64,000 bases of DNA from the human T2T-CHM13v2.0 reference genome, Homo sapiens. The stretch is taken from the NCBI RefSeq assembly GCF_009914755.1, contig NC_060927.1, one strand, 5' to 3'. Positions 53,760 to 64,000 of this stretch are shown here, in pieces. The notes beneath the pieces were generated by a model that saw nothing but the letters and a program-made list of their open reading frames with translations, made no database searches and was not told where the DNA came from. Numbering within the stretch: position 1 is the stretch's first letter; each line of letters opens with the position of its first letter. Position numbers and translations under genes: made by a program.

Positions 53760-55429
53760 ACATCACATCTTAATAATTTTCATCAGTTAACATTATTTGT
53801 ATTTATTTTTATTAAGGCACAATAACCGATTGTATCAGATTATCTTCACTCTAAAGCTGAGATTTAAAATTATTTGCTTAAAATATAGGAGTAAGAGGCT
53901 TTATATTTGAAATTTTGTCTAATTCTCCATGGATTTTGAGATGGTGCCATCACAATACAACATAGACAGCATGTAGGATATGTCCTACTCTAGTTCCAAT
54001 CAATATCCTAGTGAATTTGAAGAGTAAAGTTTAAATAATCTTTGTGTGTGTTTGGTTAGAGCTATACATAGTATTTGCTACTTGTTTTCAGTTTACCCAC
54101 CAATATTAGGAAAATAAGCTTTAAAATTAAAATTAAGAAGGATATTAAGACACAAAAAAGAATAAGAAGAATTGATTCCATTTACTCTCTTGTGTCATGG
54201 TCATGAAAAAATTTTAGGTAGGAAAATATCCTTATTTTCACATTTCTTGATGAAGCCTCTTATATAATTGAGAGGATGACAATTGAATGAAATCAGCCGA
54301 AGTTGATTTCTGTTTAAATCTCTAGAATTTAAGTTAAATCTTAAAGATAATTTAGTTGTTATCTTTTGTCCAATTGCTTTAGATTTTGTTTAACTCCAAA
54401 ATGTATATTGTGAAAATTCAACTTCCTTTGAATTTGCAGTGCACTTGACGGGCCCATGAATCAGGTGAATTTTAAGTATTTTAATTCAGTTTCCGAGGTC
54501 TTAAGAAATCGATCTTTTCATGCCGTGAATAGTACCTAAGCATTTACATAGTTGATTATTTTTAATATTTGAATATTAAATATTTTCTAGATGAGGGAGG
54601 GGAAACACAAATTAGAATGCTCTATGTTCTGTCTTCTGCCTCTCCTATAATTAACTCAAAGAGAAAGGGGAAAAAGAAAGAGATATTAAAAGACAGAAAA
54701 AGAGAGAGTATCTGACCATGGTTTTAGTTATGCTTATTCTGAAATGTTCTGGTGAATGCATTTGAAATAAATCAGCTTTGTCCTTGACATAATGCTGTAT
54801 TTTTGTCCAGGGGTTATTCTGCCTTTCTCCTAAATGTCCTGCTGCCATATCATGTCCTAATTTTATGGTATGAATAAAACCTTCTCTCTGGGGGTATAAT
54901 AAGTCAATAATTTTCTATTAAGTTTATTTACAAAAAGCTTTATTTTGTCTACACTATTGGAAATGGTCTGGAGACTATCTACTCATGATCTCCCTGGGTA
55001 GGGAGACCTCTTTGTAGTTTTGCTAAAAATCTTTCTTCTGGCAATGAGTCATGTCTTGACAAGTTGTCTAATGTCTTATCCAAGAGTCCTCTAGTCTTAC
55101 ATGCCCTGCTCCTTTATATAATGTTGGATTGGCATCTTTTTTTCCAAACAAGTGAATAATTTGTTAATGTATTTGTTATGACTTAAGTCCTTGTAAGTCA
55201 CGAATAATAAAGGTATGCCTTTTTTGTAAGTATTTTCAAAATATCGATTTTTAAACAACCTGTTTACTTTTTGTAAGTGATAATAGTGGTGCCCAACTTA
55301 TTTCACTAAAGATTTTGTCGATCGATTTACATTAATAAGCTGTAGATTTCAGTATGATGTAATATTATAGGTAATATTAGATTTAAAGGATTATTATTCC
55401 TGACAGAGTTTTAGAAAGTTTCCTGGCAT

Positions 55430-55525
55430 ATCCTGATATACATTATTACCTAAGTATTTGCATCCTGATATACATTATTACCTAAGTATTCACATCCTGA
55501 TATACATTATTACCTAAGCATTCAC
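55430..55525. repeat. 32-bp minisatellite, 3 copies
   Basis: ATCCTGATATACATTATTACCTAAG(T/C)ATT(TG/CA)C at 55430, 55462 and 55494. Confidence 0.95.
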
Positions 55526-55749
55526 ATAATTTACTTTTCATTTGAATATTACATATCCCTTCAAAATTCATGCATTTCTATATAACTTTGCTGAGAAAAT
55601 ATCAAGGACTTTAACCAGGTCTAAACACTTATAAGTTGATAGTACAAAGCTAGCTTGGATGTCAGGGGTGCTTTTCTGTTTCTTGCATGTAATAGGCACA
55701 AACTAGGCCCAGTAACCTTTTTTGTGCCCTCCATCATTGTTGTTTTTTC

Positions 55750-56165
55750 TTTCCTCCCCAGAATGAAACCATTATCTACTTCTAGTACTTAAAAGTAGTT
55801 TTTCCTCTTTTAAACAAACTACAAATGAATAAAAATTATGCTCATTCCTGTGTTTCATTACTTTTGCCAGTATTATGCTCATGAGACTTAGAATTGTTTT
55901 GAGGTGGAGCAGAAGTTTATTCATTTGCATTGTAGACTAGTACTGTTTCACTATATGAATATAGCCAATATATTTATTCATTTTATTGTTAACTAGTAGT
56001 GACGGTTTCCAATGTCTATTATTTATGAATAATGCTGCTCTGAATATCTTGTCCGTACATTTTGAAGTTCCTTTCTGTTTGAAATATACATAGAAGTAAA
56101 ATTGTTGAATTTGGATGTATATATGTTTAGTGCTATAAGATATTGCCAAACAATATCTAATGTGC
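55750..56165 (-). mobile_element. L1ME-like 3' region
   Basis: TATGAATATAGCCAATATATTTATTCATTT...GAATAATGCTGCTCTGAATATCTTG. Confidence 0.7.
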
Positions 56166-57974
56166 ATAAAAATTTTAATTCTTAGAGGACTTAGAAAAAC
56201 TGATGTCTCAATATATTTCACTGAGGTTCTATTTTTGGATTACTGGGATCATAATCTAAGCTTGAGCAGTTTAGGGCTAAAAATCTGCCACCCTTATATA
56301 TGGGTTAAAAAATAGAAAGACTTAATGTTAAAAAAAGGAAGAGAATTGCACAAATATGAAAAGTAAAACATGAAGCCGCCTTTTACTCTTTATTCTCTGT
56401 CCTCCATACTTTACCCTTTGCCATTTTGTTACAGTTATTCTGATCTCCATTTCTACTTTTAAAATGTTATCATGAAATAATGTGAAAAAGTAATTCCAAT
56501 AAGTTGTGATTTACTGATAAATCTTAACAATTATCAGTAGTATTTTAATACATCAAGGAGCCATTATAGCTGCTTAAGGTTTTAGCCAACATCATAAAAA
56601 TAGGTGTTAAATTCTTTATACTAACATAAAGTTTGAAGAGGCGTTTTGAGAACACGAGGCCGTTTTATGGCTGCTTTTCACTGTAGAGAGTAGGTTTTAC
56701 ATTTCCCAGTGTAAACCCAGTACAATAATTATTTTTAAGGAAATGATATAATTTCCTTAATGTGAAAGCCTCTGGACTTTGAAAATAATGTCTGAGGAAT
56801 AAAAATAATATCTGAGGAATATAAATCAATCCTAGGATTGTTTAGCTTAAAAACAATGAACTAAATTAGTAGTCATCTAAGAGATTGTAGTTATTTCAAA
56901 TTAGAATTAGCTTTTAGCAGGGCAGTAGGATCAGGAGTTGTGTTCCTGTAGACTCTGTGCCCTATTCTTCCTTCTGCAAAGCCCTGTTAAAGTGATAGAG
57001 TCTGTAGTCCACAGTGTGAGAAGTACTGTTTTAAAGAAATATATTACAATGGGTCTATATTTTGCTGTAGTGCTTATCATGATCACTAGCTACCAGGTTT
57101 AAAATTTGTAGGAGGCTTTTCTGTCTTGAGGCACTTATTTAAAGTAACATTTTTTTTTATTGCTGCTCACTTATATAACTTTACGAAAATTTCAAAATAT
57201 TTAACATTCATGTAGCCTACCAGGAATTGATAGAAAGGTTATCAATCATGACAATTCCCAATTATCATTTATCAAGTGCAACAACACGCATTGAACACAT
57301 CTGTTTTGTGATATATTAAAGGAATTATCATATACATTATTAGGTTCCCTTATCAAATGTGAACTTTACTACACACTGAATATCATTTCCAAGAAAGATG
57401 GTCTTTTTAGTATGTATAAGCTTGAGAAAAGGCATCAAAATAGATGAATTCTTAATCTATGTATGTCTGAATTTTATGTCCCATTAAGATATAAATTACT
57501 TTGAGCCAGCATATTGTGCAGACCTATGTTATAGAAAGAGAAATGTTTGCAGTATGCAGAAAGTATATACAAAGGTAAAAGTCTAAATCAACATTTCCTG
57601 TCCTCAATATGATTTACACTAAAAATTTTGTGAATAATATCATGATATACAAATGTGATAATCCAAGAAAAAAATTGAAATGAAATGTTCTCTAGTTTAG
57701 TAGTTATTGACTATTGATAATCAGCATAAATATTCCATAGGATTTAAAATCAGCAGATGTGATTTTAGTATAATCCAACCCTATGGGCCCTATTTTCCAC
57801 CTTTAGACCTTCATGACCTTAATTATTCTTCCACTACACTTCAAGTCCCTCAATGCCTCCTTAAATATGTTATATATTTTTCCCCACATAGCATATTTTT
57901 TACTAACATTGATTAAGTTTGATATATACTAGTTATTTCAAGACAGACAAGAATAAAAGGGCATGCTCTTGTCA

Positions 57975-58140
57975 TAGGGTTACCAAATTCAGCAGATAAA
58001 TATTCAAAATCAATAGTTACAACAGAATGTTGGATAAAAATATTTATTTTAGATCTGGGGAATATTTCTACAAAAAATATTTATTGTTTACCTAAAATTC
58101 AAATTTACCTAGATATTTTGCATTTTACACAGCATTCTTA
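57975..58140. mobile_element. MER53-like palindromic hAT MITE, decayed
   Basis: TAGGGTTACCA start; AAAAAATATTTATTGTTTACCTAAAATTCAAATTTA. Confidence 0.75.
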
Positions 58141-58329
58141 TTCTGTTCTCAGGATGATCACCATTTGATTAGGAAGACAGAAACACACAAAAACAACCAT
58201 AACAAAATACACTAATTACCATGGTCACACTCTGGAAAATAGTCATGTGTTAAATCTTGAATGTTAACTGTTCTTCAAACGTGTTGATGAAACGTGATGA
58301 TGACTGGCAACTCTGTGGTAATCCCTCTG

Positions 58330-58780
58330 TTGGGAGCTTGGAAACAAAGAAAAATGTGATTGAGTTTTCCAATGTCACGAGTTAATGAATAATTAAAAAA
58401 AAGAGTAGAAATACAGGTGAAGTGTTTAAGGAGGAGATCAATCAGACAGAATGATGTTTTAGAGATTTCAACACATAGCAGGAAGTAAAACACAAAAGTA
58501 ATTCATCCAAAAGAAGTATAGAATACAAAATGTGAATACTTGCACAGAAAACATAAACCAGCCTGCAGTGACCTAACAGAAAGAAAGCCAGAAGAATAAA
58601 TATCTCAATCTCACTTGCCCTTCCTCCCAATTTCTCCTGGAGCTCTGCTCTGGCTAGATCCAAGAAGAGAAGAAACAAGGGATCCCTGCCATGTAGACCA
58701 CACAGCTCAAGTTCCCATTTGTATCAGAAGAACTTTACAATGTATCTACAGGTAAGAGAAAGGGAATTGAAAACAACAAC
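58330..58780 (-). mobile_element. LTR33-like ERVL LTR (copy A)
   Basis: Core homologous to 61210-61712; flanks only weakly similar. Confidence 0.55.
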
Positions 58781-59299
58781 AACAAAAGCAACTACAACAA
58801 GGAAGACTCATAGAGGAAGTGACGAAAAAGATGCCACAGAAACAGAAGTTCTGCATGCGAGAGGCAAGAGGTAACTTAAAGCAGAGATTTAAAAACAAAG
58901 CAAAAAAAAAAAAAACCCTACACATATTCTATGCTCAAAACTTAATCTTCTTTCTTTTTCTGTCAACCCTTCATCTTTTTTCTTTATTTTTCAGGACTTG
59001 CTGAGCTGTTGAATTAACACAAAAATAATACATCAATACAATAGCTCAGTAAAGTCAATAAAGACTTGATGTTTATCCCTATCTAGGATAAATAGTTATA
59101 AACACTAACATAAGTTTTCTAGAGGCAATTTGTTTTCTAGTATTTTCTAATACATCATTTGTTAAAACAAAAATTCCTAATATGAGCTGGATACTGTATT
59201 CGGCCCTGGAATACAAGAGTGAGGTTGATGAACTCAAAGGCCACTCTCTAGGCCTTCCTTTGCTTTGTTTAATTTTTAGAATTTTTGCTATCTGAAAAT

Positions 59300-59465
59300 A
59301 TATTATTGATTTAATTGTTAATATGTCTTCACTCTTAGAATAGAAACTTTATGAAAGTAACAATTTTATTTTTTAAAATTATTGTCATATTCTCAAGTCT
59401 AGAACACTACCTTGTTTAGTATAGGGACTTAATAAAGATTTTTTAATTAAATAAATAAATGACAA
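59300..59465 (+). mobile_element. L2 3' end
   Basis: TAGAATAGAAACTTTATGAAAG...TCTAGAACACTACCT...CTTAATAAAGATT. Confidence 0.6.
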
Positions 59466-60099
59466 AATAAGCCCTTGTTATGTACAGGCTAATGGAGCTT
59501 TTTAGAGAATCTAATGTGGTATGCCACAAAATGATGTGGTAAATGCCATGACACAGAAAATGCAGACAGCTTTGCTTCACACAGTAGTTCTTCCTGTTTT
59601 AAACACAGAGAGGTAACAGCCTTTTTGGAAGAATTATAATCCCATAGAAATGAATCCATATTTGATTCTCATAAACTAAAACACTCAGTGAGAGATATGG
59701 TTGGAAGGAGAGAGAAACTGTCACTTTTCAAATCATATGAGAGGCATCAGTGGGACCAGTAGGGTTAAATTTATTACCATGCACAATATCGATTGGATTA
59801 TCAAGTATATGCTACACATAATATAGTTAGAAACTATAAATATATATATATATTTAATCAAGATTTATTATATTTTTGGAATAATCTAATTGGTCTTACA
59901 TATTTTATATTGACGTTTCCTTTTTTGTTATTTTGCTGAACAAATTCATATGTAAAAATTTTAACACAGTAGATCTAAAGCATACTGTCCCAATTCTTGC
60001 TAGACAAGCTACATATATAAGTAATGATATAGGTTAATATGACTCCTCAGACACTGAAATTAATTTGAAAATAAGACGTAACCATTGTTTTCAATTTAC

Positions 60100-61195
60100 T
60101 TCCACCCCAATTTTTTTAACAATTAGATATTAAAAGGATCCTGCTTCTTACAAATATCCAATACCCACTATGACAAGAAAGAGAATTATCTCATTTGTAT
60201 CATCACTCTGTAGATCCAATTGATAAATAAATGGGTCATTTAATGGAGGAAGAACAATAAATACAATAAATGTAGTAAAAATACTAAAATTAACTTCTAA
60301 AAATTTAGTGTTGTGCAAACCTGTAGAATAAAATGTAGGTGAATATCTTTTTAATCTTGAGGTAAAAAGAGTTTTTATTCTGTGTACAGAAAACCCTAAC
60401 TTTAAGAGGAAAATGCAGCATTAAATTAAGTATTTACACTTATCCAGAAATACCTTAATAAAAATAAAATGTGAGCTATATTCTGGAAAAAGATTGTTGC
60501 AATACTTTTAATCAGCAAAAAGTTTAGTTTCCAGAATTAGAAGAAAATAGTTTCTAAACATCAAGAAAGGTATAAGATATAAAAAAATAGAAAAATGCAC
60601 AACCGATTTAAATAGGCATTTCATTAAAGAGAGATAGAAAAATGAAAAAAGAAACAAATATAGTACTTGACAAAAATTCTCCGAGAAACACGTGTGTCTA
60701 TCTTTTGAAATTCAGCAGTTATGTACCACATTTAATAATGTCATTCTGAACATAAACTCTAGATTTTTTTTATGCATATTCCCTAAATAACTTGTACACA
60801 GGTGTTTTTAAAATTTGACAATAGTGCTCCAAGTAGAAACAAAAAAGTACATGCAACAAAATGGAAAAATCTTTGTAAATAAAAATTAGTGAAAAAAGTC
60901 AACTGTCAATAGAGTATGATATCATTTGTAAAATCATCAAAATCAAGCAAAGGAAAACCATATATTGTTTATACATATATAGCATATATGTGATAAAGCT
61001 GTTCAAAATTCAGATAAGGATGAACTTTGGATGGAGAGAGCATAGAAGGCACAGATTTTTAGACAGATGTTATTTTTTTGATGATGTTCTACTTCTTATG
61101 CTGAGTCCTGGGTTCACAGGTATTCATTTCATATTCTATAATTATAATAAAGGTAGCATCTATGCTTTTGTTTGTATCAAACTTCCCATGCTATT
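60100..61195 (+). mobile_element. Old L1ME/MC ORF2 end and 3'UTR
   Basis: TAGAATAAAATGTAGGTGAATATCTTT...AATAGGCATTTCA...GGGTTCACAGGTATTCATTT. Confidence 0.6.
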
Positions 61196-61209
61196 TTAAG
61201 ATCACATTT

Positions 61210-61712
61210 TGTTAGTCAAGGTCCCAGAAGAAAGGATTGACACAGTTAATACAATTTTGGAGACAGTTTAATAAAAGTAATATCTACAAGATTTGGGTAA
61301 TTTGAAAACCCTAAGCTCACAATGCAGTTCCTAAAGTTAGTAATATTCTGGAACCATTCCTAGACCTAAAGGTGTGAAGAGGGCAAGTAACAATCACATC
61401 TATGGAACAGGGAAAACTATGAGGATATGAAGGTTTATGTGAAGAGTAGTATTTGACAGAAGGTGAAAACGTGCATGGAAAATATAAACCAGCCTTCAGT
61501 TATCTCACAGGAAGAAAGCCAGAAGAATAAATATTTCAATCTCACTTGTCCTTCCTCCCAATTTCTCCTGGAGCTCTGCACTAGCTAGATCCAAGAAGAG
61601 AAGAAACAAGGGATCCTTGCCATGTAGGCCACACAGCTCAAGCTCCCAGAAAAGAGAACAAGGTGAAGTGTGGAGTACATCCTTGCAGGAGCGAGTGGAA
61701 TATTTCCAGCAT
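61210..61712 (-). mobile_element. LTR33-like ERVL LTR (copy B)
   Basis: TGTTAGTCAAGGTCC...GTTTAATAAA...GAATAAATA...GGAATATTTCCAGCA resembles reverse LTR33 as recalled. Confidence 0.65.
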
Positions 61713-62919
61713 GTCTGGCAATTTCATATAGTCAAAGCTCGCTGAATAACTATTGATATTCAAAACTTCCTTTTCAAAACTCATTTTGCCTCTTCAGAAT
61801 GTAATGTGTTTTGCAAAAGTTGCCATAATTCAACAGAATATAGAATTATAGCCAATGTGGAAAGTGTTTAGGAATATAAGCTAAGACTTGGAAGAGTTCC
61901 TGATTTCTAGATCTTTAATTTTTGTCTATTAAGTTTCTATGTCTTTCCCTAAATTAAGAGGTGGCTCTAAGCAAGAATGAAAATGAACTAACTATAGATT
62001 AAAACTGTCCTATTTAATTAAAAAGAAAGTCACTTTTTCTAAAATAGAAAAACTTTATTGGTTTTTATAAGGTAAATTTAAATTAGTCTTGCCCCATGGC
62101 AGTCTAGAAAAATTAGATGTCTCATTTATCTTCATAAAGACCGAACACTTTCAACAGAGCAACCATTATTTGCACAGAAAATAAAGCTATTATTTTATAA
62201 CTATGCTCCAGTAGTTGCCAAACATCTTTAAAGTGACCTTACAATTAAATTGTTATCTTTTTTATGAACTTTCACAATACACCCTTTGATGTGAGCGTTG
62301 GACTGTTTCTTAGACGTGTTATTTCTATTTCCTTACAATCTGCTTAGTAAAGAAGAGCACATAGGGTTAAATGAGGAAAATACAGTTGTGAGAATTCAAA
62401 ATTTGTTCTTTTAGTGTGATTCTGCCTTTATGCAGCTTGTTTGACTTACCTGGTGCTCACGTCATCTTTAAAAGGAGGAATTTGGACTAAGATTCCTTTG
62501 AATCCTAGGTTGCTAAACTGTTCTAACAACCATACTGGTTTAAGTGTTTAACAGGACTCAGACTGACCTTGGCCCTATTTTCTTTTATTTTCTTCTTCTT
62601 TTTTTAAAACTAAATATTGCTTTAAATTCTTTCAGTCAACATTTTTTTAGAACCACAAACTAAGCAACTATAAATTATATTTAGTTATTTACAGAATGCA
62701 GGTTACGCCATTATTAGGAATACATGCATTTGTGAGTCACTCATATTTGCTATCAAATTGCTAATATGATATATATATAAATAGTATGATTTATATCTCC
62801 TGTGCATTTGTTACATGTGTGTATGTTCAGTAAAATGTAAAAATTTATTTAAAAATATCAATTTATTGTGTTCATAAATTGAAAGACTCAAATAGTACAT
62901 ATATATTAGAGTAACAGGA

Positions 62920-63866
62920 GAACTGCTGACAATTCCATGTGCTGACAAGAATGTAGAGCAACAGAAACTCTCATGCATTACTGCTGAAAATGCAAAATGT
63001 TATAGCCACTCTGGAAAATAGTTTGGTATTTCTTATAAATTAAAACATAAATGCACCAAATGATGCAGCAATTTTACTTGTAGATATTTACTCTAAAGAA
63101 ACGAAACCTTATATTCTCAAAGAAAATGTGGCACATATACACCATGGAATATTATGCAGCCATAAAAAGAATGAGTTCTTGTCCTTTGCAGGGACATGGA
63201 TGAAGCTGGAAACCATCATCCTCAGCAAACTAACACAGGAACAGAAAACCAAACACCGCATGTTCTCACTCATAAGTGGGAGTTAAACAGTGAGAACACA
63301 TGGACACAGGGAGGGGAACATCGAGGGGTGGGGGATAAGGGGAGGCAGAGCAGTAAGACAAATACCTAATACATGTGGGGTTTAAAACCTAGATGACTGG
63401 TTGATAGGTGCAGCAAACCACCATGGCACATGTGTACCTATGTAAAAAACATGCACGTTCTGCACATGTATTTCAGAACTTAAAAAAAAAGAAAGAAAAA
63501 ACAAAGAAAGCATTTATATGGTGACTTTCTTCATAATTGCTCAAAACAGGAAACAAAACAAATGTCCTTTAATGGAAAAACAAATGGTGAAGCATCTGTA
63601 TAATGAAATTCAATACAGCTAAAATTAACTGAAAAGTTGGATGACTCTCCAAAGCTGTATAATGAGCAAAGCAAGCCAGTCTAAAAAGGTCATATACATT
63701 GTGATTTCATTTTTATGACATTTTCCAAACGACAAAGCTGTAGTGATGGAGAATTCATTATTGGTTGCCAGTAAGAGGAAGATGTGGATGCAAGGGATAG
63801 CAAGAGTGAGTTATTTTGGATGAAGGAACAGTTTTGCATTATGATTGTAATAGTGGTTTACTAAAT
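62920..63866 (+). mobile_element. L1MC/MD-like 3' end interrupted by a younger L1PA fragment
   Basis: GAATGTAGAGCAACAGAAACTCTCA...ACTCTGGAAAATAGTTTGG; resumes with TTCATAATTGC...GCCAGTCTAAAAAGG. Confidence 0.75.
63119..63505 (+). mobile_element. L1PA7/8-like 3' end
   Basis: GCAGGGACATGGATGAAGCTGGAAACCATCATCCTCAGCAAACTAACACAGGAACAG...GCAAACCACCATGGCAC...poly(A). Confidence 0.9.
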
Positions 63867-63911
63867 CACTCCCTTCATGAGGGGTGGGGATTCCTAAGTC
63901 ACTCCCCTCCA

Positions 63912-64000
63912 TGAGGGGCGGGGTTCTCATAGAAAATCTCTGATAGGGCAGTGCAGAAGGGAAACGTGGGGTCTGAGCCCCCACACAAAGTCTCTACTAG
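63912..64000 (+). mobile_element. THE1/MST internal fragment, continues beyond the window
   Basis: TAGGGCAGTGCAGAAGGGAAACGTGGGG...GAGCCCCCACACA matches 47330-47390. Confidence 0.85.

Noticed and set aside
57975-58140. MER53 as a miR-1302-type hairpin
   Set aside because: The left arm is too decayed to support a long stem, and there is no expression evidence.

Overview
AT-rich, repeat-dense primate (human/ape-like) genomic DNA, intergenic or deep intronic. I find no credible cellular protein-coding exon or RNA gene: the listed ORFs are L1 ORF2, Tigger1, MaLR or Alu remnants, or chance ORFs in low-complexity DNA. The window is a mosaic of L1s (old L1M/L1ME to L1PA3), three near-full Alus, a complete THE1/MST-type MaLR element, two LTR1-family solo LTRs, MLT1/LTR16/LTR33-like LTRs, DNA transposons (MER45A, MER3, MER2, MER85, Tigger3, Tigger1, MER53), MIR/L2 and microsatellites. 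The standout is a ~3.8-kb insertion at 44495-48269. It is a 5'-truncated L1PA3-like element plus ~2.4 kb of 3'-transduced DNA ending at the poly(A) signal of a captured MaLR LTR, enclosed by a perfect 13-bp target-site duplication; the transduced RNA may have been spliced. Other notable structures: two fold-back palindromes around (TA)-rich tracts, a 170-bp probable gene-conversion tract between two ancient LTRs, three to four twin-primed (5'-inverted) L1s, and young tandem duplications. Repeat subfamily names come from remembered consensus sequences, not a RepeatMasker run, and boundaries of old elements are approximate.
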